A DNA stretch of 64,000 nucleotides from Candidatus Aenigmatarchaeota archaeon (GTDB lineage Archaea > Aenigmatarchaeota > Aenigmatarchaeia > QMZP01 > QMZT01). The translations under genes were made by a program, and so were the position numbers. Below the pieces are notes generated by a model, which saw nothing but the letters and a program-made list of their open reading frames with translations, did not search any database and had not been told where the DNA came from. Within the stretch, counting starts at the first letter, position 1, and each line of letters starts with the position of its first letter. This document shows positions 41,847 through 51,891 of the stretch, in pieces. The stretch lies in assembly GCA_963726265.1 (NCBI GenBank), contig CAVSBQ010000002.1:1-64000 (forward strand). The letters are read 5' to 3'.

Positions 41847-42464
41847 ATGGATATAATGGTGCACGAGATACTGATTGTCACGATTTCGCTCTTCGCGATT
41901 GTCGACCCGATAGCGGCGATTCCCGTTTTCGTGTCGTTCTTCGGCGGCTTCGACGCGAAGAGGAGGAAGAAAGCGGCCACAGAGGCGGTGGTCGCGGCCT
42001 TCGTGCTCCTAGTCGTTTTCGCTGCGGGAGGCATGGCCCTGCTTTCATACCTCAACATCTCGATTTCCGCGTTCATGATAGCCGGCGGCCTTCTTCTCCT
42101 GTTCCTGTCCTTCGAGTTCCTGCTGGGAGAGCTGCCCAAGTCGAGGAGGGTGGAGAGCGACCCGAGCGACGCGATCGTCCCCATAGGCACGCCGCTCCTG
42201 ACAGGGCCGGGAGCGATAACTTCGGCGATATTCTTTACCCATTTGTATGGCTTCCTGGTCACTTTCATAGCGATAGTCATCGTCATGGTCGTTTCCTTCG
42301 TCGCGCTTTACGCCAGCAACAAGATAGCTGTGATTGTCGGCAAGAACGGCCTGAGGGTCATAACCAGGATAATGGGCCTGATAACCGCCGCGATAGCCAT
42401 CAGCCTGATAGAAAAGGCGCTTGTTGCCTACGGGGTTATCTCTGCAGTTGCGCCTGCCTTATAA
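41847..42464 (+). CDS. MarC family membrane protein
   Basis: LFAIVDP, AGGLLL, AIVPIGTPLLTGPGAI and TRIMGL. Confidence 0.93.
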   Translation: MDIMVHEILIVTISLFAIVDPIAAIPVFVSFFGGFDAKRRKKAATEAVVAAFVLLVVFAAGGMALLSYLNISISAFMIAGGLLLLFLSFEFLLGELPKSRRVESDPSDAIVPIGTPLLTGPGAITSAIFFTHLYGFLVTFIAIVIVMVVSFVALYASNKIAVIVGKNGLRVITRIMGLITAAIAISLIEKALVAYGVISAVAPAL

Positions 42465-42770
42465 GGCTCTTATAACAGGGCCCTAGCGCCATTTATAAAC
42501 CCTGCCCTTTTTACGCTTTATAAATGATGTGGCGATATATAGCGTTTTTAGGCTCATATTTTGCTTTAAAAAGGCTTTCTGGCGCGAAACGGCCCGGATG
42601 GCTGGAAATCCCAGTGTTCACAGGATAATATTAATATCATATTCACATATAGACATTTTAAAATGTATATAGTCACCAATAGAAAAGTATATAAGTATCT
42701 TCATATAAATTATAAATTGCCCGCGTGAATGTTCGATTAAAGAAAGATAAATGGGGATGGGTGATGGGGA

Positions 42771-43814
42771 ATGGAGATAGACAACACGACTGATTTCGAG
42801 GCGCACCAGGCCAAGATCATGGTTTTTGGCTGTGGTGGAGGCGGTTCCAATACGATATCGAGACTCACTAACATGGACATACAGGGAGCGGTCACGATAG
42901 CAGCCAACACCGACGCCAGGCACCTTGCGGTTACGAAAGCGCACAAAAAGATACTGCTGGGAAAGGACATTACAAGGGGCCTTGGGGCGGGCGGTTATCC
43001 CGAAGTGGGAAAAAGGGCCGCCGAGGAATCGAAGGACGAGATAAGAAGGACGCTTACGGGTTGCGATTTGCTGTTCGTTACATGCGGTCTTGGAGGCGGA
43101 ACAGGGACGGGCTCGGCACCGGTTGTGGCGAATATTGCGAAGGAACTGGGAGCGATAGTCATAGCCGCAGTCACACTGCCTTTCAAGATGGAAGGCGCGC
43201 GGGTCGGGAAGGCCGAGGACGGGCTTGTCAACCTCAGGGACGCTTGCGACACGGTAATCGTGATAGAGAACCAGAAGCTGGTCCAGCTGGCCGGAAGCAG
43301 GCCACTGGGAGAGGCTTTCGCAGTCGCGGACGGCCTCATAGCGACGATGATAAAGGGCGTTACGGAGACGATATCACAGCCCTCGCTGGTGAACCTGGAC
43401 TACGCGGACGTCAAGACCATAATGCATTCCGGCGGAGTCGCGACGATCGGCGTAGGAGTTTCGGACACGAAGAACCGCGCTTACGAGGTCGTCGAGCAGG
43501 CCATGAAGAATCCGCTGCTTGACGTGGACTACGAAGGCGCCACAGGCGCGCTGATACAGGTGATCGGCGGAGACGACATGACGCTTGATGAGATAAACGT
43601 CGTGGGAGAGAGCATATCCAAGAAGATGAACCCCGACGCGACGGTCATGTGGGGCGCGAGGATCCTGCCTGAATTCAAGGGCAAGCTGCAGGTAATAACG
43701 ATAATAACCGGAGTGAAGTCGCCTTACATAATGGGCAAGTGCCAGGAAGTCAAGCAGGCCAGGTCAGTTGCCGAGAACTTTTCGAAGGAGTTCGGCATCA
43801 GGGTTTACGCTTGA
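42771..43814 (+). CDS. ftsZ: Cell division protein FtsZ
   Basis: GCGGGGSN, NTD, GLGAGG, GLGGGTGTG and NLDYADV. Confidence 0.98.
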   Translation: MEIDNTTDFEAHQAKIMVFGCGGGGSNTISRLTNMDIQGAVTIAANTDARHLAVTKAHKKILLGKDITRGLGAGGYPEVGKRAAEESKDEIRRTLTGCDLLFVTCGLGGGTGTGSAPVVANIAKELGAIVIAAVTLPFKMEGARVGKAEDGLVNLRDACDTVIVIENQKLVQLAGSRPLGEAFAVADGLIATMIKGVTETISQPSLVNLDYADVKTIMHSGGVATIGVGVSDTKNRAYEVVEQAMKNPLLDVDYEGATGALIQVIGGDDMTLDEINVVGESISKKMNPDATVMWGARILPEFKGKLQVITIITGVKSPYIMGKCQEVKQARSVAENFSKEFGIRVYA

Positions 43815-43850
43815 AGCGCTCAGACACACCTAGGACATATCATTAGTTAC

Positions 43851-43905
43851 ATGAAGGGAGGGGAGGCTGTAGGCCTCCCTTTCCCTTTCATTTTCTTCTT
43901 TTTCC
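43851..43905 (+). terminator. Hairpin plus T-tract after ftsZ
   Basis: atgaagggaggggaggc-tgtag-gcctccctttccctttcat followed by pyrimidine runs. Confidence 0.6.
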
Positions 43906-43968
43906 GCGTTTTTTGTTTAAACGCGCGTTTAAACATAACTTCTTAATTCCCTTCTGGGAATTTTATGC

Positions 43969-44355
43969 ATGAAGCCTCGCAGGCAATGGCTGCTGGCGAT
44001 AGCCGCGATAATGGCTGCGGACGTCATAGCGCTCGCCCTTTCCGGCAGCGCTGTTTCGGGCGAACAGAATCCCTTCACCATTTCGGGCGTCTTCAGCGGG
44101 GCGCTGCTCGGCGAGGACGTTTTCGTCAGGGGCTTCGTATCGGAAACGCCCTCAGAGCACGTATCGAAAAAAGGCTACAGCTACCAGCAGTTCTTCATCA
44201 CCGACGGCGAAGAGCAGCTGAAAATCTTCTGTTCGGAGAAATACGGCAAAACGGATGCGCAGGAAGGCGATGAAATCATCTTCGAAGGCACGTTCCAGAA
44301 ATACGCCGGTACGTTCGAGCTTTACGGCTTCTGCAGCGAAATCAAAGTTTTGTAG
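43969..44355 (+). CDS. Membrane-anchored OB-fold protein
   Basis: N-terminal TM; V.V.G.V...F.ITDG....IF...GD.I...G...Y.G.FE. Confidence 0.7.
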   Translation: MKPRRQWLLAIAAIMAADVIALALSGSAVSGEQNPFTISGVFSGALLGEDVFVRGFVSETPSEHVSKKGYSYQQFFITDGEEQLKIFCSEKYGKTDAQEGDEIIFEGTFQKYAGTFELYGFCSEIKVL

Positions 44356-44416
44356 CAGGCGCTATGTAATTCGCCTCATCTTCAGCGCCTAGTTGACGTT
44401 TTCTCCTGACATCGCT

Positions 44417-45202
44417 TTACAACTGCGCAACCATGCCGTCTTCCTGCCAGTTTTCGCGATCCCATTTCCGGTTTTCGGCACGCTCCTCATGGTTGCATAA
44501 CTCCTTTATTTTACATTCCCTTCCCCTTTCGAGGCATTTTTGCATCCTCTCGAGGTCGTCCGTGAGCCCCTGCAGCTGTTCGGTTCTGTAGTCGCCTGCC
44601 CTGGGCTTTTTGCAGTCCAATGCCTTCAGTTTTTCGGCCAGCTCCCTGGTAAAGCCGTCGACCTGTAAGTCACTGTATCTGATGTCGATTTTTTCATCCA
44701 GCGTGAACAGCTCGTCCTCCATCAGCTCCTTCATTATCCCGTAATAGCCTCTTTTGATTGCGGTCAGGGCACTTGCGTATTCATTTTTGCATTCCTCCAT
44801 TTTCGCTGTCTCTGCCCTGTATTGCCTGGCCTTCTTCTCGATGCGGTCTACCATTTTGCCGAGCGATATCGCGCCCAGGACCGCGCATAGCCTGTTGAGC
44901 CACTGGATGTCGTCGCTGCCCGCTGTCAGGAGATAGCTGCCTCCCATGCACGCGGCGCCTGCTCCCCAGACGCCGGTCCATTCGTAGAGCTTGCTTATAG
45001 CTTTTTTTGTCGTCCTAGAAGCCGTCCCCGCATAGTCGCAGAGTTTGCTGATGTCAAGACCGTTTTCATACGCCGCGTTGTCGCCGACCACTGGATACCA
45101 GGTGTCGTTCCTGACGCCGCTGAGCCCGTATTTCTTACAGGTCTTGTCTTTCTCGTCTGTCGTCAACCAGGCGCCTCGCGGGACGCCTGATGATTCATAC
45201 AC
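44417..45202 (-). CDS. Hypothetical membrane-associated coiled-coil protein
   Basis: 261 aa; hydrophobic hairpin followed by a helical charged region. Confidence 0.6.
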   Translation of the reverse strand: MYESSGVPRGAWLTTDEKDKTCKKYGLSGVRNDTWYPVVGDNAAYENGLDISKLCDYAGTASRTTKKAISKLYEWTGVWGAGAACMGGSYLLTAGSDDIQWLNRLCAVLGAISLGKMVDRIEKKARQYRAETAKMEECKNEYASALTAIKRGYYGIMKELMEDELFTLDEKIDIRYSDLQVDGFTRELAEKLKALDCKKPRAGDYRTEQLQGLTDDLERMQKCLERGRECKIKELCNHEERAENRKWDRENWQEDGMVAQL

Positions 45203-45336
45203 TTGAACCTATCGTTGCAAGTTTTTTAAGCCTATCTGATGGCCGATGCATATCGGTTTTTTGGGCAATTTCCCAAAAATGAGTAGAAAAAACGGGCCCT
45301 TGTTTTGTTTTTTATGCGGCCGCGCAAATATTAAGC

Positions 45337-46305
45337 ATGTTCAGGATAATCGCGCTGGAAAACGGCAGGAAATTCATCCAAAATTTGCCCGTGTCCAGGC
45401 TCGGAAAATTCCTGAAGGGCCGGAAAAACCTCGCATGGGTGAACATAGAAAACCCTACGGAAAGCGAATACCAGATTCTCAGGGACGTCTTCAGGCTGCA
45501 CCCGCTCGAGATAGACGACTGCAGGAAGCGCCTGGAACTGCCCAAGATAGACGAGTTCACCGACCACATCTTCATCGTCTTCCACAGGCTTTCCTACGAC
45601 TTCCAGAGGCACAGGCTCATGCTCAAGGAGTTCGACATGTTCCTCGGCAGGAATTACCTGGTCACCTTCCCCAACGAGCCGTCCGAAACCATAAGGGAGC
45701 TGATGGGCAGATGCGCCAAGGACCACTCGCTCCTTTCGAAGGGCGCGGACTTCCTGCTCCATTCCATAATAGACAAGGTGGTGGACGACTACTTCCCGAT
45801 ACTCGACCACTGGGACGAGGAGATAGAGAAGCTCGAGAACGACGTGGTCGAGGGCAACATAAAGAAGACCATGAAGGAGATGCTCAAGATAAAGAGGGAC
45901 ATAAGGAACTTCAGGAAAAGCATGGGGCCGCAGAGGGACGTGCTCAACAAGCTGTCCCACCGCGACCTGCCTTTCATCTCGGAGAAGGCGAACGTCTACT
46001 TCCGCGACGTGTATGACCACGTGATGCGCGCCTACGCCGTGGCCGAGGACCAGCGCGACACGGTGACGACGATTTTCGAGGCGTATCTTTCCATGGTCTC
46101 CAACAAGCTGAACGAGATCATGAAGACACTGACCATCATCGCGACGATTTTCATCCCGCTGACTTTCATCGTCGGGATTTACGGCATGAACTTCCACTAC
46201 ATGCCCGAGCTCAACTGGCCCTACGGTTATTACCTGGTCTGGGCCGTAATGATAACCGCAATCATCATCATGCTCGCCTACTTCAGGAAGAAGGCATGGA
46301 TTTGA
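45337..46305 (+). CDS. corA: Mg/Co transporter CorA
   Basis: LHPLEIDD, LNEIMKTLT and YGMNF..MPEL.W.YGY. Confidence 0.96.
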   Translation: MFRIIALENGRKFIQNLPVSRLGKFLKGRKNLAWVNIENPTESEYQILRDVFRLHPLEIDDCRKRLELPKIDEFTDHIFIVFHRLSYDFQRHRLMLKEFDMFLGRNYLVTFPNEPSETIRELMGRCAKDHSLLSKGADFLLHSIIDKVVDDYFPILDHWDEEIEKLENDVVEGNIKKTMKEMLKIKRDIRNFRKSMGPQRDVLNKLSHRDLPFISEKANVYFRDVYDHVMRAYAVAEDQRDTVTTIFEAYLSMVSNKLNEIMKTLTIIATIFIPLTFIVGIYGMNFHYMPELNWPYGYYLVWAVMITAIIIMLAYFRKKAWI

Positions 46306-46314
46306 CCAGGGAAA

Positions 46315-46336
46315 GACGCATGCCTTGCATGCGTCG
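46315..46336 (+). terminator. Hairpin after corA
   Basis: gacgcatgc-ctt-gcatgcgtc followed by gtttt. Confidence 0.5.
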
Positions 46337-46381
46337 TTTTGCCCTATTTAATTATTTTAATTCCGCTTACAAATTCTTACC

Positions 46382-47641
46382 ATGGACTTCGACAAGGACT
46401 TTGACATCGAGCTTTCCGACTTTAGCATGAAGAAGCGCGATGTCTCGTTTCGTTATTGGATATTCGAATACGGCGGAAGCGTCGAGGGGTGCGGCATAAA
46501 CGACGGCGTGGTTTACTTCGGCTCCTGCGATTATTTCATATACGCGGTTGACATTGAGACCGGAAAACTGACATGGAAATTCAGGACAGGCGATTGCGTT
46601 CCCAATTATGCACCCGCGTTTTACGGCAATAACATGTATCTCAGCTCATACGATAATTATCTTTATTGTCTGGACAAAAAAACCGGCGCCGAGATATGGA
46701 GGTTCAAGTCAGGCGACAAATGCTGGTCGCCGCCAACCTGTTACGACGGCATTATTTATTTCGGGTCGAAGGACAACTATGTTTATGCCGTTAATGCGGA
46801 GACCGGCAAGGAAGTCTGGAGATTCAAGACTGGTGACATGGCGATCACAACGCCGACAGCTTACAAAAACAAGCTCATCATCGGCAGTTACGACGGCTTT
46901 CTTTACATGCTTGACAGGAAAACCGGAAAAGAAACAGGCAGGTTCAAGACAGCCGGAAACATAGTCAATATGAAGGAATTTGCCATAGATAAGAACATAA
47001 TATACGTCGGCTCTTTCGACAGCAACATGTATGCCCTGAACTTGGACACGCTCAAAGAGATATGGAGATTCAAGGCCGGATATGGCATCACGTGCGTCCC
47101 GCTCGTTGAGAACAAAAAAATATATTTCGGTTGCCAGGATTACAATTTTTATTGCCTTGATGCGGAAACCGGCAAAGAATTGTGGAGGTTCAGGGCAGGC
47201 GACAGGATAGGTTCCTCGACGCCCGTGATTATAGAAGGAAAAATATATTTCGGTTCCAGAGATCACAATTTCTATTGCCTTGATTCTGAAACAGGAGAGG
47301 AAATCTGGCGCTTCAGGACCATGCACGAGGTCTGGTCTCCTGTGGCAGTTTACAATAAAAGCGTGATATTCGGTTCCCTCGATTGCCATCTTTACAGGCT
47401 TGACGCAAAAACAGGAAAGAAGATATGGGCCTTCCTGACCAGCACGAAGACAGTCTCCCAGTACAAGGTAGAGGAAGAGATTTCGGCAGAAATAATAGTC
47501 AAGAAAGAGGACTATGAAAAAACTGAAGAGGATAAATACGACCTTTCTTCCGGCGTCGCCTTGGACATGAAAAGCGAATACTCGTTCAAGAGCGAATACG
47601 CCTTCAAGTCGGAATACCACACGACGAGCGAGTACAGGTAG
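46382..47641 (+). CDS. PQQ-like beta-propeller protein (paralog 3) with EY-hexapeptide tail
   Basis: About 8 blades; ends KSEYSFKSEYAFKSEYHTTSEYR*. Confidence 0.9.
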   Translation: MDFDKDFDIELSDFSMKKRDVSFRYWIFEYGGSVEGCGINDGVVYFGSCDYFIYAVDIETGKLTWKFRTGDCVPNYAPAFYGNNMYLSSYDNYLYCLDKKTGAEIWRFKSGDKCWSPPTCYDGIIYFGSKDNYVYAVNAETGKEVWRFKTGDMAITTPTAYKNKLIIGSYDGFLYMLDRKTGKETGRFKTAGNIVNMKEFAIDKNIIYVGSFDSNMYALNLDTLKEIWRFKAGYGITCVPLVENKKIYFGCQDYNFYCLDAETGKELWRFRAGDRIGSSTPVIIEGKIYFGSRDHNFYCLDSETGEEIWRFRTMHEVWSPVAVYNKSVIFGSLDCHLYRLDAKTGKKIWAFLTSTKTVSQYKVEEEISAEIIVKKEDYEKTEEDKYDLSSGVALDMKSEYSFKSEYAFKSEYHTTSEYR

Positions 47642-47647
47642 CGGTTT

Positions 47648-48826
47648 CTAGACGCGTTTCATCGCCTTCAAGGCGATGTAGGTTACGAGCATCACCAGCG
47701 GGAAAACGTAGAGCGCGGTGAACGTGCCGAGCCCCAGCGTGATGAAAACGAGGGGAATCTGCGCGGCCGCGATGGTCGCGAGGTCGTTGTTCCAGCTCAG
47801 CGTGCCTATCACCTTGCCCTTCTCTTCGACTGCGAACGTCTCGCTTATCCTCGAGAATGTCCATATGTCTATGAGGCCGCCGGCCGTCCCTATGAGCATG
47901 GCGACGATGAAGTAGTGGGGCAATGCGCTTCCGAAGACCATGAGCGTCGCGGCCGCCAGGTGGAGCATTATGCAAAGCGGAAGCCAGTATTGCCTGACGC
48001 GTTTGTTCGATATCCTTCCCACAACGAGGTTGGTTCCCGAGAAAAGCACGCACTCGGCGATTACAACGAGGGACACGAAGCTGCCGGACAGGCCGAGGGT
48101 CTTGAGAGCATAGCGAGCGAAGAAGAACACGAACGCGGAAAACATCGCGAGATCCATGGTCTTGAACACTACGTATTTCCACGTCTTGCGAAGGAATCCG
48201 AAGGACGGCCTTGGGGATTCGCCGCTCCTCTTTTTGTTGGCGAACTTGTATATGAGCAGCACCCATACGAGCCCTGCCGCCAGTATCAGGTAGAAGGCGG
48301 AGGAAATTCCGAACCTGTCGATGAAAAAGCCGGGTATCAGGAAGCCTATTATCCAGCCGAGGCTTGACAGGCCGTTGAACATGCCGACTTTCCTGTCCGG
48401 CTCCTTACTGACGAACCTCAGCGAGTAGATGAATATCGTGACGAACATGAGGGCGCTTGCTATGCCGGAGATTATCTTGAAAACGGTTATGAGGAGTATG
48501 TCCGTCGTCTGGCCTATCATGAAAAGGCAGATGATGAACACCAGCCCGCCGACGAGGAGGAAGGCGCGCTCGCCATGCCTGTCGGTGAAATGCCCGAGGA
48601 CGGGTTTGGCTATGAACGAAAACACGTCGCCTATTGACAGGAGGAAGGCGAACATGACTATCGAGATGTCCAGCGAGGAGAAATACATCGTGGGTATGAG
48701 CATGGCGAAGGCCATGAACAGCGTCTGGAAGAAGCCGAACAGCGAGCCTGAAAACAAACGGGATTTCGTGTCATCGATTTTTGCATCGCAAGCTTTGCCG
48801 GATTTAATTTTTTCCAAGCCAAACAC
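47648..48826 (-). CDS. MFS transporter
   Basis: About 12 TM segments; 'LGHFTDRHGER' motif A. Confidence 0.88.
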   Translation of the reverse strand: MFGLEKIKSGKACDAKIDDTKSRLFSGSLFGFFQTLFMAFAMLIPTMYFSSLDISIVMFAFLLSIGDVFSFIAKPVLGHFTDRHGERAFLLVGGLVFIICLFMIGQTTDILLITVFKIISGIASALMFVTIFIYSLRFVSKEPDRKVGMFNGLSSLGWIIGFLIPGFFIDRFGISSAFYLILAAGLVWVLLIYKFANKKRSGESPRPSFGFLRKTWKYVVFKTMDLAMFSAFVFFFARYALKTLGLSGSFVSLVVIAECVLFSGTNLVVGRISNKRVRQYWLPLCIMLHLAAATLMVFGSALPHYFIVAMLIGTAGGLIDIWTFSRISETFAVEEKGKVIGTLSWNNDLATIAAAQIPLVFITLGLGTFTALYVFPLVMLVTYIALKAMKRV

Positions 48827-48901
48827 CCGGATTTCGATTTTGTCTTTTTGTTTTATTTCATTTGTGATTCCGTATTTATTAACTTTTCCAAAATATTAAC
48901 C

Positions 48902-50179
48902 ATGTTCGAATTCGAAAAGGACTTCGAGATGGAAATAAGTCCTAGTATGGTTAAGAAGAAAACCAACAAGTTTGTTCTACTGTGGAAAATTCCGGGCAAT
49001 GAAATATCAGGCGCGATAAGCAGTTCGCCCCTGTTGTATAATAACTTTGTAGCATTCGGCTGCGGCGACCATTACCTCTACGCCTTGGACGTCAATAGTG
49101 GCAAACCCTCCTGGAAGTTCAGGGCCAGCCAGATATTCGTTGATGCTAAACCTGCCGAGAGCGACGGCGTAATATACATGGGCTCCTATGACGGGAACGT
49201 TTATGCAGTTGACGCTAAAACGGGGAAAGAGGTCTGGAGGTTCAAGACCGGTGATTCCATATACGGCTCGTGCCTTGCCGCTAAAGGAAAGGTATATTTT
49301 GGCTCAAAGGACTCGTATGTTTACGCAGTGGATGCAAAAAACGGCAAGGAGATATGGAGGTTCAAGACGGGCGCCGACGTGGGCTCCGCACCCACTCTTT
49401 ACAAAATGATGCTGTATGTGGGAAGCTTTGACGGAAACCTTTATGCGCTCAGGCCTGAAACAGGAGAAGAGATATGGAGGTTCAGGACGGGAGGGAACAT
49501 AGTCAATCCGCTGCCCTATTTTGCCGAAGATAACGTTTTGTATATGGGATGCACCGATGGAAATGTTTACGCGATCGATCTTGATGCAAGAAAGGAAATA
49601 TGGCGCTTCAGAACTGGCGGGTGGATTCTGGCCTCGCCCAGGCCCGTTGGGGATTTCATATATTTTGTATCGAGCGACGGGAACATGTATTGCTTAGATA
49701 AAAACGGAAAGCAGGTGTGGAGGTTCAGGACAGACGCCTACATGGACGGCTCGCCTGTGGTCTTGGTGGAAAACGGCGTCCTTTATTACGGTTCTTCAAA
49801 CGGGAACCTTTATGCCCTTGATGCGAAAACGGGCAAGGAAATCTGGAGGTTCAGGACCGATGGCGAGATAATATCTTCTCCTGCCATGCATGAAGGTAAA
49901 CTATATTTCGGCTCCATGGACTGTCATTTCTACTGCATCGACCTCGATGGCAAAGAGGTATGGCGCTTCAAGACGAGCTCCAGCGCAAGGTGGAAAGTGC
50001 CGCCTGCATCCGAGTGGTTTGAGTTCGAGGTCGAGATAAAGGAGGAGCCGGAAGAAACCAAGAGGGAATACGGCAAAGGCGTCAACGTATCGGAATCCGA
50101 ATTCATTGAAAGCGAATACGCGTTCAAGTCCGAATACGCCTTCAAAAGCGAATATCACTCAAAATCAGAATACAGATAA
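48902..50179 (+). CDS. PQQ-like beta-propeller protein (paralog 4) with EY-hexapeptide tail
   Basis: About 8 blades; ends ESEYAFKSEYAFKSEYHSKSEYR*. Confidence 0.9.
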   Translation: MFEFEKDFEMEISPSMVKKKTNKFVLLWKIPGNEISGAISSSPLLYNNFVAFGCGDHYLYALDVNSGKPSWKFRASQIFVDAKPAESDGVIYMGSYDGNVYAVDAKTGKEVWRFKTGDSIYGSCLAAKGKVYFGSKDSYVYAVDAKNGKEIWRFKTGADVGSAPTLYKMMLYVGSFDGNLYALRPETGEEIWRFRTGGNIVNPLPYFAEDNVLYMGCTDGNVYAIDLDARKEIWRFRTGGWILASPRPVGDFIYFVSSDGNMYCLDKNGKQVWRFRTDAYMDGSPVVLVENGVLYYGSSNGNLYALDAKTGKEIWRFRTDGEIISSPAMHEGKLYFGSMDCHFYCIDLDGKEVWRFKTSSSARWKVPPASEWFEFEVEIKEEPEETKREYGKGVNVSESEFIESEYAFKSEYAFKSEYHSKSEYR

Positions 50180-50184
50180 ACTTT

Positions 50185-51114
50185 CTATTTCCTTTTCGCA
50201 TTCTTCCTTTTGTGTTTTTTGTCGTTTTTTATTTTTCTCATTTTTACCCTGGGCACGCGCTTTCTCAGCTTCTCGATGAGCGACGCCCTCTCGCCTTGGG
50301 TGAGAGCCCTGGCCGCGCCTATCGCGGTCGCGAACTCCGCGTGTTCCGGGACGATGGACCTGCCTCCGAATATCTTCACAACGTTCTGAATCTTTCTCAT
50401 GAGCGTCTTGTTCTTCGTGACCTTGCCGATGAAGACAATGTCCTTCTCGAGGCCGTGGTTCTTCGCGGCGAAGGTCGAGAGCGTTCCCACGACTTCGCCG
50501 ACCATGCTTATCAGGCCGAGCGCTATGTCATGCGACGTCGTCTCGTCGCACAGCCTGCCGAAATTCGCGGCAGTCGCTTCCGGCGAGAGATTGCCTATTT
50601 TTGTCCCCACTATGTCCCTGACGGTCAGGTCGATTTTTTTCAGGTCGCCTTTGCTGGCGAGGATTTCGAGGTTGTTTATGTCGTCCTTGTTGAGCAGGAG
50701 CCTGAACAAGCCCTTCAGCGTCCCGCCTCCGACGCCAGTCCCGCCGACGTGCCTTATTATCTTCCCTCCATCGGTGACGGCGACCATCGCCGTCCCGGTC
50801 CCTATGCTCACGACGAAGCATTTCTTCTTGCCCGTGAGCATCATGCCTCCCAGCCCTATCGCCTTTATCTCCTCGACCTTTTTGACAGGGATGCCCAAAA
50901 GCGAGCTGTTGAGCTTCTTCGAGCCGCCGCCAGTCGCCGCGACGGCAATGACCCTGTTTATGGTCGTCCTGTTCTCGGTGACTATCTTGCCGAGGCAGCC
51001 CGCTGCGGAAGCCATGGCGTCGCTCGCCTGTATGGCGGTGAAGCTGCTTATCTTCCCTTTCCTGAGCATCACGCCCTGCGTGGTCGAGCCGCCTATGTCT
51101 ATGCCGACAATCAT
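50185..51114 (-). CDS. Type II (CoaW/Fumble-like) pantothenate kinase
   Basis: GIDIGGS, ATGGG, SIGTGT, GGTGVGGGT.GL, LA.KGD...DLTV.DI and A.NFG. Confidence 0.85.
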   Translation of the reverse strand: MIVGIDIGGSTTQGVMLRKGKISSFTAIQASDAMASAAGCLGKIVTENRTTINRVIAVAATGGGSKKLNSSLLGIPVKKVEEIKAIGLGGMMLTGKKKCFVVSIGTGTAMVAVTDGGKIIRHVGGTGVGGGTLKGLFRLLLNKDDINNLEILASKGDLKKIDLTVRDIVGTKIGNLSPEATAANFGRLCDETTSHDIALGLISMVGEVVGTLSTFAAKNHGLEKDIVFIGKVTKNKTLMRKIQNVVKIFGGRSIVPEHAEFATAIGAARALTQGERASLIEKLRKRVPRVKMRKIKNDKKHKRKNAKRK

Positions 51115-51146
51115 ATTCAAATAATTGGGAATGCAATTTATAAATT

Positions 51147-51677
51147 ATGATACGCAAATTGCGCGCGGCAAAGGCCAAGGGTTATTCTCTCTGGTTCATG
51201 CCTTCGGGCTACGCCAGGAAAAAATTCAGGAAAACAATCGCCGGGCTCGCGCAGAAATACAGGGGCCCTGCCTTCGAGCCGCACGTAACGCTCGTGGGCG
51301 GCATCGAAAAAAGCGAAAAGGAAATGCTCAGGGAAACGGCGGAGCTTGCGAAGAAAATCAGGCCGTTCAGGATAACCCTTGGCAGGACCGAGGGAACCGA
51401 CCGCTATTTCCGCTGCCTTTTTGCAGGAGCTTACGAAACCAGCGAGCTGATGGTGGCCAGCCGCAAGGCGCTCGCCTCATTCAGCATGAAAAAAAGGTCC
51501 GGATACAAACCCCACCTGAGCCTGTTTTACGGGAAACTTTCTTCCGGAACAAAAAAAGAAATCGCCTGCAAATACGATTTTTGCGGCGCAAAGTTTGAAG
51601 TGAAAAGGATACGCCTCATGCTGACAAAAGGCCCGCCGGGAAACTGGAAAAAGGTGCGCGAATTCCGGTTGGCCTGA
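51147..51677 (+). CDS. 2H cyclic phosphodiesterase-like protein
   Basis: YSLW..P, FEPHVTL and PHLSL.YG. Confidence 0.85.
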   Translation: MIRKLRAAKAKGYSLWFMPSGYARKKFRKTIAGLAQKYRGPAFEPHVTLVGGIEKSEKEMLRETAELAKKIRPFRITLGRTEGTDRYFRCLFAGAYETSELMVASRKALASFSMKKRSGYKPHLSLFYGKLSSGTKKEIACKYDFCGAKFEVKRIRLMLTKGPPGNWKKVREFRLA

Positions 51678-51678
51678 T

Positions 51679-51861
51679 TTACCTGCAGAAAGGGCACTGG
51701 CCTACATTGCCTGCGCATTTCACTTCTTTCTTTATTTTGTCGCAGAACGCCTTTTCGCCCAGGAACCACTGGCAGAATGTTTGGCCAGAGGTATCGGGAC
51801 TGGTTGCGACAGGAGGCACCATGGTAGGAGTTTCGATCTTCTTAACGTCTTGTTCGTCCAT
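51679..51861 (-). CDS. Small Cys-rich hypothetical protein
   Basis: C..FC.K...V.C.G....CPFC pattern. Confidence 0.55.
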   Translation of the reverse strand: MDEQDVKKIETPTMVPPVATSPDTSGQTFCQWFLGEKAFCDKIKKEVKCAGNVGQCPFCR

Positions 51862-51891
51862 GTTTAAACGTTCGTTTAAACATTTAAATTC

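Noticed and set aside
42480..42770. AT-rich region upstream of ftsZ as a replication origin
   Set aside because: No ORB-like repeats and no cdc6/orc1 gene; consistent with a promoter region.
50111..50179. 18-bp tandem units as a CRISPR-like array
   Set aside because: No spacers, in frame, with synonymous variation. No cas genes or arrays were seen in the window.
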